From the IMG/VR virus record IMGVR_UViG_3300042866_001263: a stretch of DNA of 64,000 nt; one strand, given 5' to 3'. Source of the DNA: a virus (Duplodnaviria; Caudoviricetes). Within the stretch, counting starts at the first letter, position 1. Each line of letters opens with the position of its first letter. The notes beneath the pieces are model-generated. The model did not search any database and was not told the origin of the DNA. It worked only from the letters and a program-made list of their open reading frames with translations. The position numbers and the translations under genes were made by a program. Positions 45,201 to 55,390 of the stretch are shown one piece after another.

Positions 45201-48200
45201 TTGGATATGCCAAGGCACTTTATCCTGCGCTTGGATTAACTACAGATCAAGAAAGAAAGTGCAAGAGAGATATTAGATATGTTCTTGCTGGATTAAGAAG
45301 AGACCTTATCTTAGGTGGCAATGCTGGTATTGTAACCGCTGCAGAATCATATTTTACTGGAACAGAACTTACTGGCATTCCTTCTGCTGAGTTAACAGCA
45401 ACTCGTTACGCATTCACTAAAGTCAAAGAGCTAGCACAACTAGCGATGCGTAATTGGAAAACGGGTGCTAATGGAACAGGAGCAACATATACTCCAACTT
45501 ACGAAACATCAATTTCATTATTTACAGATGCAACAATTCTGGTAGATCCAGCAACTTCAAAGTGTGCTGGTATTCTCAGCGCAATTGATACTGAGATGAC
45601 ACTATTGGATGGTATCCTTGCTGGAACTACAGTTGCAGGAACTACCACAAAAACATATGGCACCCTATATTCCCCAACGATTACATATCCAGATGGTGCT
45701 TTATATGATGCTGACAATAAGTATATTACTCCACGAGGAGTATGGGATGATCTGCCAGCAATTGAAGCATCGCCATATATTCAAAACGCTTCAGTTATCT
45801 CATTCTTAGGTGGTGGTGGTTGTGAAATTGATGGAGATAAGGTAACTCAACCAAACTCACCATTTGCAGGATTAGAACTTAATGGTGCAGCATCTTATCC
45901 AAACCAGGGCAAATCCATGGTTGCTGCTCAGTTCACCATTGTTTCGTTTGGTGGAACAGGATACAGAGTAGTCAACGATGGTTACTGCCAGTTGGTTTCC
46001 GTATTCGTTCTATTCTGTGCTGATGGTGTTTATGCTGATAGTGGTGGTTATGCTTCTGTTACCAACGCTGCTACCAACTTTGGTATCTATGCTCTAAGAG
46101 CTCGTGGATATAGAAAAGATCCATACACATTTGATATTGGAACCATTACTAATATCACCACATCTGTTACAGGAAAAACAGAAATTACTGTTAGTGGATT
46201 AGGTAGAAGACCATTTGAACATTACGTTGTTAAGGTTGATGGTTATACTAACACAAACACTAACATTGAATACTTTGTCGAATCTGTAAGAAACGTAACT
46301 GTTGGTCCTCCTTTCACAGCAACAATTGTTCTAAATGAAGGAACAGATTTCACGAAGATATCTACAGGAACTCCAGTAGGCAATTCGAATGGAGAGTTTG
46401 TTGGTAAGACAATTAAACTACACAGACCTTCGATTGTTAACTCATCTGGTCACACTTGGGAATTTGCTGGATCTGGCACAAACTACAATGCTCTACCAGA
46501 AAACGGTGGTATTAAGATTGAAGCATACGAACAGGTTTCGGAAAACTATGGTCGTGTTTATACCTCTGGTACTGATGAACTTGGAGACTTCAAAGTAGGT
46601 TACTTTGCTCGTATTGAAAACAGAACTGGTGCTATTACCTTCACAGGTACTGTTACCATCTCGGAAGTTGAATTCCTAAAACTAAAAGGTGGTGACGTTG
46701 TTGTTACTGGTTTCGATGCTTCTAATACTCTTGGTGGTGCTTTTGCTACTGACTCCAAACTACCCACGCAGAAGGCAGTTAAGGATTATATCTCGAATAA
46801 CCTTGGACCATACATCAACAAGCCATATTCCACTAATGCCGTCCCTAGGGCGCTTGTAGAACTCACAGACAGCGGTAAGATCTCTATTGACCAGATCCCT
46901 GCACTAAGACCTTTCAACGTCTTCACAGTGGCAAATCAGGCGGCTCGTCTTGCGTTAGAGGGAGCACTTGCTGGTGACATTGCTATTCAATCCGATACAA
47001 CTACATCATATATTCTCAATAATGACCTAACCAGTTTGTATCTTGGTTTCCCAGTAGATACTGCTTTAGTATTCAATACTGGAAATATCTTTACTGGTTC
47101 TGGATCAGGTGGTCAAATTCAAGCAACAGAATACAGACAAGGTGTTGTCTGGAAGATTAACATTACCAATCCTGGTTCTGGTTATACTGTTGCACCAAAT
47201 ATTGTTATCTCTGGTGGCAATCCTCAAGGTGGTGCAGTATCAGCAACTGCTACTTGTACGATTGCTAACGGTCAAGTTGTTTCTGTAACAATCACGGAAA
47301 ACAATGGTTATATTGGTGGTACAGGATACACAACACAACCATCAGTTATCTTCACTGGTCCTGGTGGTGCTGGTATTACTGCTACTGCTTCTGCTCTGAT
47401 TGAAAATAGATTGTATGGTGATATCGTCAACAACATCAAGATTGTTGACACAGATACAGTTACTTCAAATAATACTCCAACTGGAACTGTTGTTGATATC
47501 TCAAGAGTTGTCAATACTTCATCGAAGATAAATGGCAACTGGGTATCTCTATCATCCAACCAAATCTCAGCCGATGCGATTACTTCTGGTGTTATTGCTA
47601 CGACCCGTCTGGCACAAAACTCATCAGAAGCAAACTCATTTACTTTCCTTAGAGGCGACCAAGCTTATGCACCAGTCCTCCAATCACTAAAAGGAACTGA
47701 AACAAGATACTTTGCCAAGTTGAATAATGCTGTTTCCTCTGGATCAAGCACATTCGTATTCACAACAAACGCAAATGTTCTCAAGGGTCATGGAATTGTC
47801 AGTGACGTTACTGGCATCCCATCAGGAACATTAGTTAATTCTGTTGTAACTGCTGCTGGATTTACCACGGTTCAATTGAATAACCCAGTAACAGCAAACA
47901 TTTCTGCTGCTACAATTATCCAGTTTACACGTCCAGCATCACCACTAATTATCGATGCTGCTTATACAGTAGGAAACTTTGTTGATAGTGTTGTTATTGC
48001 TAATGGTGGCAGTGGATTTACAAATGGTTCTTACTTCGACGTTTCATTGTCGGGCGGAACTGGAACTGGTCTGAAAGCTAACATCATTGTTTCTGGTAAT
48101 GCAGTAACTACAATTACCGTAACGAATGGTGGTGTCAATTACAATGCTGACTTTAGTGTTACTTCAGCACCATCTATTATTGGTTCTGGATCTGGTCTAG

Positions 48201-50476
48201 TTCTTCTAGCAAAAACAGCTACGACTAATAAGAACTATGCTAATGCTGCAGTTGATATCAGGAGAGTTGATGATCTAACTATATCTGCTGACCCATATGG
48301 AACAGCAGGTATTTGCCGTTTCCAAAAGTCACAGTTTACTCTAGGTGCTGCTGGCAACGGATCAGTAACACTCAAGACTGGTGCTGATAGTGGATTGGAT
48401 GCTGACTTGCTTGATGGCGCACAAGGCGCTTATTACTTGAATGCTAGCAATCTAAATGCTGGTACTCTGTCAGTTGATCGTCTTGCTGGAACATACAACA
48501 TCTCCATCTCAGGTCAGTCTGGTAACACATTACGTCTGATTACCTCTACAAATAACCCAACATCTTCACCTTCCCCAAGCGCATTTGCTGAAGGTATTAT
48601 TGCTGACACTAGAAACAATACTTCAGATAGTTTGGAAGATGGTGGAACCAGACACCTCGTTCTCACACTAAGGAATGGATCGTCTGGTTTCGATGCTACT
48701 TTTGGTGGCGTAAGGCAACTTGCCTTCACTGACAACAACAATATGTGGCTTCGTGGTTCTGGAACTGGAGTTACCACATTTGGTTCCTGGGCTAAAGTCT
48801 GGACCGATCTAAATGATGGTTCTGGAACTGGTTTGGACGCTGACAAACTTGATGGTCGCCAAGGAGCATTCTACCAAAATGCTTATAATATAAACGCTGG
48901 CACTATTAGTGATAATCGCTTACCATCATACGCTACTCAAAAGAGTTTCAATAATAGCGTAAAAGTTCTAACAACGACCAATAATCCTTATTATGACATT
49001 TACGTTACTGGTTTTGTATTGACAGCATCTCCATTCCTTGCTGGTCAAAACGTAAACCTATATGATGTCAACTCACAAGGAACTGGAACCATCCTCATCA
49101 CCAATGTAATTACATATAATGATGCTGATGATATGATGGATTATAGCATCATTACTGGTGTTCTAACTACTGGTACATTTAATGGTGCTCAGACAATTGG
49201 TACTGCATCAAACAGAGTTGCTTTCCAAGACTATAGCCTAAACTCAAGTGGAACCTTTGAAACGGCATCACTTGTCAGCAGTACTGGAACTGCTCTACTA
49301 AAACTTGGTAGGAAGGATGGCACTGCATCATCCCCTGCTATCTACTTCAGCAGCAGCTCTTCAGCAGCATCCAACTATAACGTTGCTCTTGTTGCTTCTG
49401 GTGGTAGCAATACTGATGGAAGTGGTAACCTCAACATTGTTGCTGGTAATGCAAGTGCAGTAACGATCAACAACAACGCTATCTGGAACGCTGGTAACCT
49501 AACTCCAGCAACCAACAACGTTGCGAATACCGTTGTTCTCCGTGATGCTTCTGGTAACTTCGCTGCTGGCACAATCACCGCTAGCGTTACTGGTGCTGCT
49601 TCTCTCAACGTATTGAAAGCAGGCGATACGATGACAGGTCAGTTGAAGATTGCCTTTAACAGTGGTCTAGGCATTAGCGAGACTGGCGGAAATGGAGCAA
49701 GATTAACAATTACTTCATCTTCTGCTGGATCTATTCTAAATGTTGTTGATAACTCAGCACTTATTTTCCAAACAGATAGTGGTGTAGAGCAAGGTAGATT
49801 TAGAAATAATGCTGCTGGAGGCGGATTATTAGTCAATACTGCTCTTCGTTTGGTAAATGGTAATATTACACAGGCACAAACTGGAACAACTGCTATTGAT
49901 AATAGCTTTACTTCAGGTAGTAATCCACAAGCATGGAGAATGATTATTCCAGATAATGCCAATACTTCTGGTTTTGGAGTTGGAGCAAATAATCTTGGAA
50001 TTTATTATAATGGATTATCGGATTACCACGCTAAGTTTGTAACTGGAGCAAATAATGTATTTTTCCCTGGAAGAGTTTGGGTTGGTAATAGCAATCAAGC
50101 AGCTACAACCAGTTATCAACTTCAAGTAACTGGTTCTTTTGCCGCTACATCTAAGTCATTCCGTATTCCTCACCCAACCAAAGAGAACCATGACCTCGTT
50201 TATGGTTCGTTGGAAGGACCAGAGCACGGCGTATATGTTCGTGGTAAGTCATCTGGTGTCGTTGAGTTACCTGATTACTGGGGTGCTCTTGTTGATGAAA
50301 ACACCATCACCGTTCAACTCACCCCAATCGGCAATCATATGTCATGGGTTGAGAAGATTGAAGATAACAAGATCCTTATTGGTGGAGGTGAAGCATTCTA
50401 CTTCGTTCAGGCGATGCGTAAGGATATTGAGAAGTTAGAGGTTGAAGTTGAGTTACCTGTCGAGGAGGAAGAGTGA
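42212..50476 (+). CDS. long tail fibre protein, 2754 aa (beta-helix region, LDADxLDG repeats, C-terminal chaperone-like domain)
   Basis: YVSAEIGNDSNNG...TIKRA beta-helix start; GLDADLLDG and GLDADKLDG repeats; C-terminal KSFRIPHP...GSLEGPEHGVYVRG. Confidence 0.85.
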   Translation: MSLEFNADKQIIKSTNPRIIGSGDFTIRSGSGSDEKEVFRVQLDNTTKLPRIGVNRTGEKIEKILINQGFNGSGYTTQPSVLIDPPSLPGGIQAQASAIISAGSVVAIIVDNVGSGYTSAPSVTITGGNGNGAAATAYLDTVDYELDVNGAIRTSTSIISDTARILNLDIDNFVTADAKFRAPSLKTYANNTGTLWASSTSVSINSTLYFGNNIYQALNTGLSGSVPPTHSDGIVSNGTVSLKHIGYRVSSPLLKGYNEDMSYPRSITPPFGDDSDKIATTEYVLNLATNDVGGRVYVSAEIGNDSNNGRSAAAPVRTIKRACQIASQTKGIKETVVVSGGEYVEDNPISIPADCSVVGDSLRIVIVRPNNPNKHMFKFADKNYISGLTFRDKIDSNGDPIATWKYACVFDDKQRIYYDPASGGDFKRSFPIGHQIFGPAKIRVTFQTNTGGTAIAENEYVTGVNTGAVGLVTARTFTSGTVSGTVDVRVLSGSFQTGETFTYPGDGARSWQANTVYTLNTIIYNANNVYSVTTAGTSGSTSPTHTTGAEANGTATLTWIRNVYNLIAVQVESIRAEGEVVDHITDLTTTLPITRVDGSLQADPATGGIVLYTNPLVGRNNFHNFKENQEIEISGLPTSTPDLSSLNGKQRVFKIIRDADGRSRRIVLYKQLAAFTDVNYIPVNASVKSANNYITLSLLNSPNKFPLPNFVLRRYQDACNLIRNNIDFIKDEAYLQIQDEFSPNFSITSIQTTSGTGGDAGYVIFRVTTTGNHGFYLNDTVSIFKNGLTNNINGTFTVTNRVSATAFEVKWLGVIGTLGLTSGTIYTTSSTPALSASAYVQRSFSVPNEAKCRRDIGHVVNAIIMDLEYGGNYNVIEAAKTYVTGTQIGYVSNEIAETVRSVEIVRQLCILAMRRWRTGNGQIADPLYTPVYSNVARYFDTSVVQDTSSPACNDVASAITTLAYVYTDTLSNNATGTQLDAGYLISRNADFIASEALGYAKALYPALGLTTDQERKCKRDIRYVLAGLRRDLILGGNAGIVTAAESYFTGTELTGIPSAELTATRYAFTKVKELAQLAMRNWKTGANGTGATYTPTYETSISLFTDATILVDPATSKCAGILSAIDTEMTLLDGILAGTTVAGTTTKTYGTLYSPTITYPDGALYDADNKYITPRGVWDDLPAIEASPYIQNASVISFLGGGGCEIDGDKVTQPNSPFAGLELNGAASYPNQGKSMVAAQFTIVSFGGTGYRVVNDGYCQLVSVFVLFCADGVYADSGGYASVTNAATNFGIYALRARGYRKDPYTFDIGTITNITTSVTGKTEITVSGLGRRPFEHYVVKVDGYTNTNTNIEYFVESVRNVTVGPPFTATIVLNEGTDFTKISTGTPVGNSNGEFVGKTIKLHRPSIVNSSGHTWEFAGSGTNYNALPENGGIKIEAYEQVSENYGRVYTSGTDELGDFKVGYFARIENRTGAITFTGTVTISEVEFLKLKGGDVVVTGFDASNTLGGAFATDSKLPTQKAVKDYISNNLGPYINKPYSTNAVPRALVELTDSGKISIDQIPALRPFNVFTVANQAARLALEGALAGDIAIQSDTTTSYILNNDLTSLYLGFPVDTALVFNTGNIFTGSGSGGQIQATEYRQGVVWKINITNPGSGYTVAPNIVISGGNPQGGAVSATATCTIANGQVVSVTITENNGYIGGTGYTTQPSVIFTGPGGAGITATASALIENRLYGDIVNNIKIVDTDTVTSNNTPTGTVVDISRVVNTSSKINGNWVSLSSNQISADAITSGVIATTRLAQNSSEANSFTFLRGDQAYAPVLQSLKGTETRYFAKLNNAVSSGSSTFVFTTNANVLKGHGIVSDVTGIPSGTLVNSVVTAAGFTTVQLNNPVTANISAATIIQFTRPASPLIIDAAYTVGNFVDSVVIANGGSGFTNGSYFDVSLSGGTGTGLKANIIVSGNAVTTITVTNGGVNYNADFSVTSAPSIIGSGSGLVLLAKTATTNKNYANAAVDIRRVDDLTISADPYGTAGICRFQKSQFTLGAAGNGSVTLKTGADSGLDADLLDGAQGAYYLNASNLNAGTLSVDRLAGTYNISISGQSGNTLRLITSTNNPTSSPSPSAFAEGIIADTRNNTSDSLEDGGTRHLVLTLRNGSSGFDATFGGVRQLAFTDNNNMWLRGSGTGVTTFGSWAKVWTDLNDGSGTGLDADKLDGRQGAFYQNAYNINAGTISDNRLPSYATQKSFNNSVKVLTTTNNPYYDIYVTGFVLTASPFLAGQNVNLYDVNSQGTGTILITNVITYNDADDMMDYSIITGVLTTGTFNGAQTIGTASNRVAFQDYSLNSSGTFETASLVSSTGTALLKLGRKDGTASSPAIYFSSSSSAASNYNVALVASGGSNTDGSGNLNIVAGNASAVTINNNAIWNAGNLTPATNNVANTVVLRDASGNFAAGTITASVTGAASLNVLKAGDTMTGQLKIAFNSGLGISETGGNGARLTITSSSAGSILNVVDNSALIFQTDSGVEQGRFRNNAAGGGLLVNTALRLVNGNITQAQTGTTAIDNSFTSGSNPQAWRMIIPDNANTSGFGVGANNLGIYYNGLSDYHAKFVTGANNVFFPGRVWVGNSNQAATTSYQLQVTGSFAATSKSFRIPHPTKENHDLVYGSLEGPEHGVYVRGKSSGVVELPDYWGALVDENTITVQLTPIGNHMSWVEKIEDNKILIGGGEAFYFVQAMRKDIEKLEVEVELPVEEEE

Positions 50477-51159
50477 TGGGTATTGGATATAACACTTTCT
50501 CTTTTTCTAATGGATTAATATTTTGTTATGATGCCAGAAATACTAAATCGTATTCTGGTTCTGGAACTACTTTTAATGATATTGGTGGTGGATTGACAAG
50601 TAGTTCTGGAAGCTTTGCTTCATATAATTTAAATCCTGGTCATATTTCCTTTAATGGATCTAATGGTTCTGGCATTCAGTTTCCATCTAGTTCCATACAT
50701 GATACCCAAACACCATCGGTTGAAGTTTGGGTGAGAACAAATGCACTTTCTCAAAATGGTTTTTGGTTTGAAAAAGGAACTGTAAATACACAGTATTCTT
50801 TGTTTCAGGAAGGTGGAGTAATTCAGTGGAGACAGTATTTTACTAGTGGACAGGGATTGACTAACTTATCAACAACAACATCTTCTTATATAACAACAGG
50901 TGTTTGGTATCAAGTGGTTGGAACTTTTACTGCTGGCAGTAGAAAATTATATATTAATGGTTCTCTAGTTAATTCGGATACTCAAAGCGGAACAATAAAT
51001 ACAGGCCAAGCTGGTATTGGGTTGGGTTCCTTTGGAGGTGGAAATACTGGATATCAATTTAATGGTGATCTGGCAATAGTCAAGGCATACAACGTGGAAC
51101 TTTCTGCATCTCAGGTCTTACAAAATTTTAACGCACTCAGAGGGAGGTTTGGAATATAA
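50476..51159 (+). CDS. LamG/concanavalin A-like lectin domain protein 1
   Basis: GLIFCYDARNTKSYSGSGT...WYQVVGT..KLYING...FNGDLAIVKAYNVELS. Confidence 0.8.
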   Translation: MGIGYNTFSFSNGLIFCYDARNTKSYSGSGTTFNDIGGGLTSSSGSFASYNLNPGHISFNGSNGSGIQFPSSSIHDTQTPSVEVWVRTNALSQNGFWFEKGTVNTQYSLFQEGGVIQWRQYFTSGQGLTNLSTTTSSYITTGVWYQVVGTFTAGSRKLYINGSLVNSDTQSGTINTGQAGIGLGSFGGGNTGYQFNGDLAIVKAYNVELSASQVLQNFNALRGRFGI

Positions 51160-51824
51160 TGGCACTAGGTCACTCTCCATTTATAACGTCAAACGGATTA
51201 GTATTTTGTGTTGATGCTGGTAACGCCAAAAGTTATCCTGGTTCAGGAACTACTTGGTTTGATATTGGTGGTGGGGGTAGTGGTAATGCTACTTTGGGAT
51301 CTGGAGTTACTTATAGTTCTTCCAATGGTGGTATCTTGGCATTTAATGGAACATTTCCAAATGGTCAAGCAACTGTTCCACTTTCTTCATTTGATTTTCG
51401 TTCAACTAATCACACTATAATAGCAGCAACTAGATATACTGGCGTAGGACCAAATGGCAGAATTGTCACTTCTTCCATTAGCACTGGCGGCAATAACTGG
51501 TTGATGGGAAATTGGGGTGGTCAAGTAAATAAGTATTATGCTGAAGGTTGGGTGTCATCTTCTGGTGGAGACACCGCAGATACTTCTTGGTTTATTTGGG
51601 CAGCAACTGGAAACATTGGAACAGATACTTGGGAACTTTATAGGAATGGATCTATAATCTATTCAAATAATGGTGGGTCTGCTGGACCATATGGATTGAC
51701 TGTTGGTGGAAGTGGTGAAGCTTCAAATGCTCAAGTTGGATTTGTTTTTGCTTATAACAGAGTTTTAACATCAGCAGAAATTTTACAACATTATAACGTA
51801 CATAGAGGAAGGTTTGGTATCTAA
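51159..51824 (+). CDS. LamG/concanavalin A-like lectin domain protein 2
   Basis: GLVFCVDAGNAKSYPGSGTTWFD...YNRVLTSAEILQHYN. Confidence 0.8.
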   Translation: MALGHSPFITSNGLVFCVDAGNAKSYPGSGTTWFDIGGGGSGNATLGSGVTYSSSNGGILAFNGTFPNGQATVPLSSFDFRSTNHTIIAATRYTGVGPNGRIVTSSISTGGNNWLMGNWGGQVNKYYAEGWVSSSGGDTADTSWFIWAATGNIGTDTWELYRNGSIIYSNNGGSAGPYGLTVGGSGEASNAQVGFVFAYNRVLTSAEILQHYNVHRGRFGI

Positions 51825-52459
51825 TGGCATGTTTTTCAGGAGCTTACATACCAGATAGTGGATTGGTATTTGCTTTAGACGCTTCAAATCAAAAGTATCT
51901 AAGTAATGCTGGTATCATATCAACATCAAATATTACTTATAGTAGTTCATTTGGTGGAGGAAGTATTATTTTCAATGGATCTTCTAGTAGCATATCTATT
52001 CCAAATCCACTAAATCAAGCAAATCTTTCGCAGGTTTGGACGGTATCTGCTTGGATTAATGTTTCTTCTGCTCAACAAACCCAAACTTTATTGGGTGGAT
52101 TGAATAATGGGATCCACGTTGATTGGTTTAATGGTGGGTCCTTATTATATTTAAATGGTGGCGCTAATGATTATTATACATATGGCGGAAATATTAGAAC
52201 ATCTACATGGAAGTTAGTTACATATAGATTTAATAATGTTAATGGAAATAGAACAATATATGATGGTATTACAAATATTAGTACAAGTGGTCCAAATTTT
52301 ACCAGCACTCCATCTGGTCAATCATCATCATTTACAATAGGATCTGGCAGTGGATATATGTTAGGTAATTTAGCACAAATGTTGATTTATAACCGATACA
52401 TTACCGATACTGAATTGACAACCATATACAATAATACCAGGGCACGTTATGGTATATAA
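51824..52459 (+). CDS. LamG/concanavalin A-like lectin domain protein 3
   Basis: GLVFALDASN...WTVSAWIN...IYNRYITDTE. Confidence 0.8.
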   Translation: MACFSGAYIPDSGLVFALDASNQKYLSNAGIISTSNITYSSSFGGGSIIFNGSSSSISIPNPLNQANLSQVWTVSAWINVSSAQQTQTLLGGLNNGIHVDWFNGGSLLYLNGGANDYYTYGGNIRTSTWKLVTYRFNNVNGNRTIYDGITNISTSGPNFTSTPSGQSSSFTIGSGSGYMLGNLAQMLIYNRYITDTELTTIYNNTRARYGI

Positions 52460-52462
52460 ATA
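52455..52462 (+). promoter_or_regulatory. late promoter
   Basis: TATAAATA, the canonical T4 late consensus. Confidence 0.75.
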
Positions 52463-52484
52463 CTCAATAAAAGGCTTATAGGAA

Positions 52485-54572
52485 ATGGCAAATTCTGATA
52501 AGGATATCCTTATAACGCCGAATAAAGGCACAACATCATTACCAGAACTTAGTTTTGTCGGTCAAGTCAATTCACCGATCAAGCTTCGTGTGCTTGATGA
52601 TAACACACTATCCTTTGAGGGTTCTGCTGGTCAGTTATTTTCAATCAACAACAACCTAACCGCTGGAACAATCTTTGCAGTTTCTGATGTTTCTGGTGTT
52701 CCTGGATTATCTTATGATGCTAATGGAGCATTAAAATTAACTCCGTTTAATGGAGTTACGATGGTTGGTGGCACAACCACCACATCGTCAAACAAACTAG
52801 TAGTTGTAAAACCCAACGCAGGAACAAGTTACTCTTTAGCAATTCAAGTTAATAGTGGTATTGTTGACGGTCAATATGATGGTATTGCCTTCACTCAAGG
52901 TGCTGATGGATCTGCTCCATTAGGTGGTATTCGTGTAGAATATAAATCTAATGGGTCACCTGATTTAGGTTTTTATACAAGAAGTGGTGCTTCAACAGAG
53001 AGTAGAAAACTTTTAATTTATAATGGTGGTAACGTTTCAGTTGGTGGAGATTTTGCTAACTATTCTCGTCTTAATGTTATTGGTGGTTCTGGTATTACCA
53101 TTAGAGCTGATAGTTCATCAACTAGCAATAGATACATTTATTTTAGACAAGCACCAAATGATTACGGTTTCCGTATTACACAAGATGATGCTTCCGTTGG
53201 TATGCTTTTCTTCCGAGCAGTTGATGCTGGAAATGATACTAACCCATTAATTACTTTAGATAGACCAAACTTAAGAGTTGGTATTGGTCAATCCTGGAGC
53301 ACAACAACAAGACCTGGATATACCCTTGATGTTAATGGAGACATCAACTTCTCTGGTAACCTTTATCAGGGTGGTTCTATCTTCAAAACTCTACCAACTC
53401 AAACTGCCACAACTGATGGTTCGGTCCTCAGAACACGCTGGAACTCAGCAACATCAGCATATGAAGCATACTGGACACACGATCTAGATGCTAACTATCG
53501 TCTAGAGAACCCAGATCAGTGGTCATTCCGTTATATCATCAACAGAGGTTATACAGTTGCTGGTTATCAAAATGCTAATCCATGGAGAAATGGCAATAGA
53601 ACTTCACACCCATCAGACGTAACAATTTCTATTGGAGACGTTATTGACTACTCTGCTGCTTATATTGGCGGTTCACATAACGGCGTAAATCTATTTGTAT
53701 ATAATTGCGCCAACTCTTGGTTGCCAGCTTCTGCTGCAACTTGTTCCATGAGCATGATTACTGAGACGAACAGAGGTCTAAACTCATCATGGAATGATAC
53801 AAGGGCACGTTCGTATTCTGGAGCATGGATTGACTTTATGGGTAACCAGTGGAGAACAAATGCTGGCAGAAATAGAGCATATATTAGTTCTGGTAATGGC
53901 AATACATCACGTCATGATCTGAATACAGAGGCGATGATTGCTGAAATTGGTGGCACTATTTCTTATGTTTCTCACGCAGAAGGAGAATATTTTGCTTGGG
54001 TTTCTCAAGGTCAAAATAGATTTGAGTTCTCGACAGAAACGTTTACAGCATGGTCAAGTTACTCCCCAGCTCCTGGATGTGATGGAATTAACAAGCACCA
54101 AGCAACACGTATTGGTTTCTTCTATTGTTCAGAAGGTGGCAACACAGATAGAAACGTAACGAAGAGAAGAGATAGTGATGCTGTTATTCTAAGATCTGGC
54201 ATTATTAAACCAGAAACTGGAGGAGAAGAAAACCTACATACTGGTATGAATAAAGGATATTGTATTTCAAACTACAATTATGCTCAGAATAACAACGCTT
54301 GGATTTACCAATATTATAATGATGTTATCCGTTTTGCTGATGGAACACTCACATACCGCAAAGGAATTCCTGGTGCTTCTTCTGGAACTGGTCAAGAAGG
54401 TGGAGATATGATGGGCGCTGGCGTACCACCAAGAACTTACATGACTTATGCTGGTGGTCAACAAGCTGCTCCTGGCACAGTTGTGTATGGTGGATCTACT
54501 GGTGCCACTCAACTTGGTGGTGCGGCAGTTACTGATGGTGCTGGTGCTACTGGTGGAATTGGAACTTACTAA
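52485..54572 (+). CDS. tail-fibre-related structural protein, 695 aa
   Basis: MANSDKDILITPN N-terminus; LSFEGSAGQLFSI; PGYTLDVNGDINF; beta-rich C-terminal domain. Confidence 0.75.
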   Translation: MANSDKDILITPNKGTTSLPELSFVGQVNSPIKLRVLDDNTLSFEGSAGQLFSINNNLTAGTIFAVSDVSGVPGLSYDANGALKLTPFNGVTMVGGTTTTSSNKLVVVKPNAGTSYSLAIQVNSGIVDGQYDGIAFTQGADGSAPLGGIRVEYKSNGSPDLGFYTRSGASTESRKLLIYNGGNVSVGGDFANYSRLNVIGGSGITIRADSSSTSNRYIYFRQAPNDYGFRITQDDASVGMLFFRAVDAGNDTNPLITLDRPNLRVGIGQSWSTTTRPGYTLDVNGDINFSGNLYQGGSIFKTLPTQTATTDGSVLRTRWNSATSAYEAYWTHDLDANYRLENPDQWSFRYIINRGYTVAGYQNANPWRNGNRTSHPSDVTISIGDVIDYSAAYIGGSHNGVNLFVYNCANSWLPASAATCSMSMITETNRGLNSSWNDTRARSYSGAWIDFMGNQWRTNAGRNRAYISSGNGNTSRHDLNTEAMIAEIGGTISYVSHAEGEYFAWVSQGQNRFEFSTETFTAWSSYSPAPGCDGINKHQATRIGFFYCSEGGNTDRNVTKRRDSDAVILRSGIIKPETGGEENLHTGMNKGYCISNYNYAQNNNAWIYQYYNDVIRFADGTLTYRKGIPGASSGTGQEGGDMMGAGVPPRTYMTYAGGQQAAPGTVVYGGSTGATQLGGAAVTDGAGATGGIGTY

Positions 54573-54583
54573 TAGGAACTAAA

Positions 54584-55375
54584 ATGGAAAGAGTTTATTA
54601 CTTAACAAAAGACACTTCAACTTTTACTATCATTTACGATTTACGAGTTCTCCGTTCTTTATTGAATTGGTATGCGGTTTCTATGCCAATTACTGAAGAA
54701 GGAATGTTTAAGGAGATAGTAAAGGGTAAGTATTACCCAATGGATCCAATTACTGGTTTCAAAGGATTTAAAACATTTGCTGATATTAGAGATAAGATTA
54801 AAATTGTAGAACAAGAAGCAAATGGTGAAGTAGTAGCGTTCCAATCAGAAGGTGTTTATAATTCTATAGGAGACGAACCAATACCAGGAGTTAAAAAAAT
54901 TGTATTGGAAATGGATGCTGAGCGAACAAATGCTGTTATTAATGCTATGAGAATTGTAGCGAAAGCAGTAATAGAAGAAGAGTTTGATAAAAGATTTATG
55001 GAACTCGATACATCATCTCAGATGGAAAGTATGTCATTTGAATTACAATATGAAGAGGCACTACTATACATTAACGACAATGATGCCGATGTTCCATTAT
55101 TGAAAGCTCTAGCAGAGACAAGGGAAATAACCGTAGAAGAAATGGCAAATAAAGTAGTTTCTGCTAGAAGTTCATACAAACAAAAAATTACTACATTATT
55201 GAAGCGAATGACTGAGGTTAAAGGTAAATTCAAAAATGCCAATACCATCAGAGATCTAAATAGATTATATGAGGATTGTTTTAATATTGCCATGCCCGAA
55301 AGTCAAGCAATTGAAGAGGGAAGAGTGGTAGATTTTAAAAGAGTAGTTCCCGTAGGTATTGGTCTGAGATTTTAA
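54584..55375 (+). CDS. putative tail-fibre assembly / DUF4376-like protein
   Basis: E..SF..QY.EA.......VPLL.ALAE.R.IT.EEMA.KV pattern. Confidence 0.5.
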   Translation: MERVYYLTKDTSTFTIIYDLRVLRSLLNWYAVSMPITEEGMFKEIVKGKYYPMDPITGFKGFKTFADIRDKIKIVEQEANGEVVAFQSEGVYNSIGDEPIPGVKKIVLEMDAERTNAVINAMRIVAKAVIEEEFDKRFMELDTSSQMESMSFELQYEEALLYINDNDADVPLLKALAETREITVEEMANKVVSARSSYKQKITTLLKRMTEVKGKFKNANTIRDLNRLYEDCFNIAMPESQAIEEGRVVDFKRVVPVGIGLRF

Positions 55376-55390
55376 TTTTTGGAGATTGTT

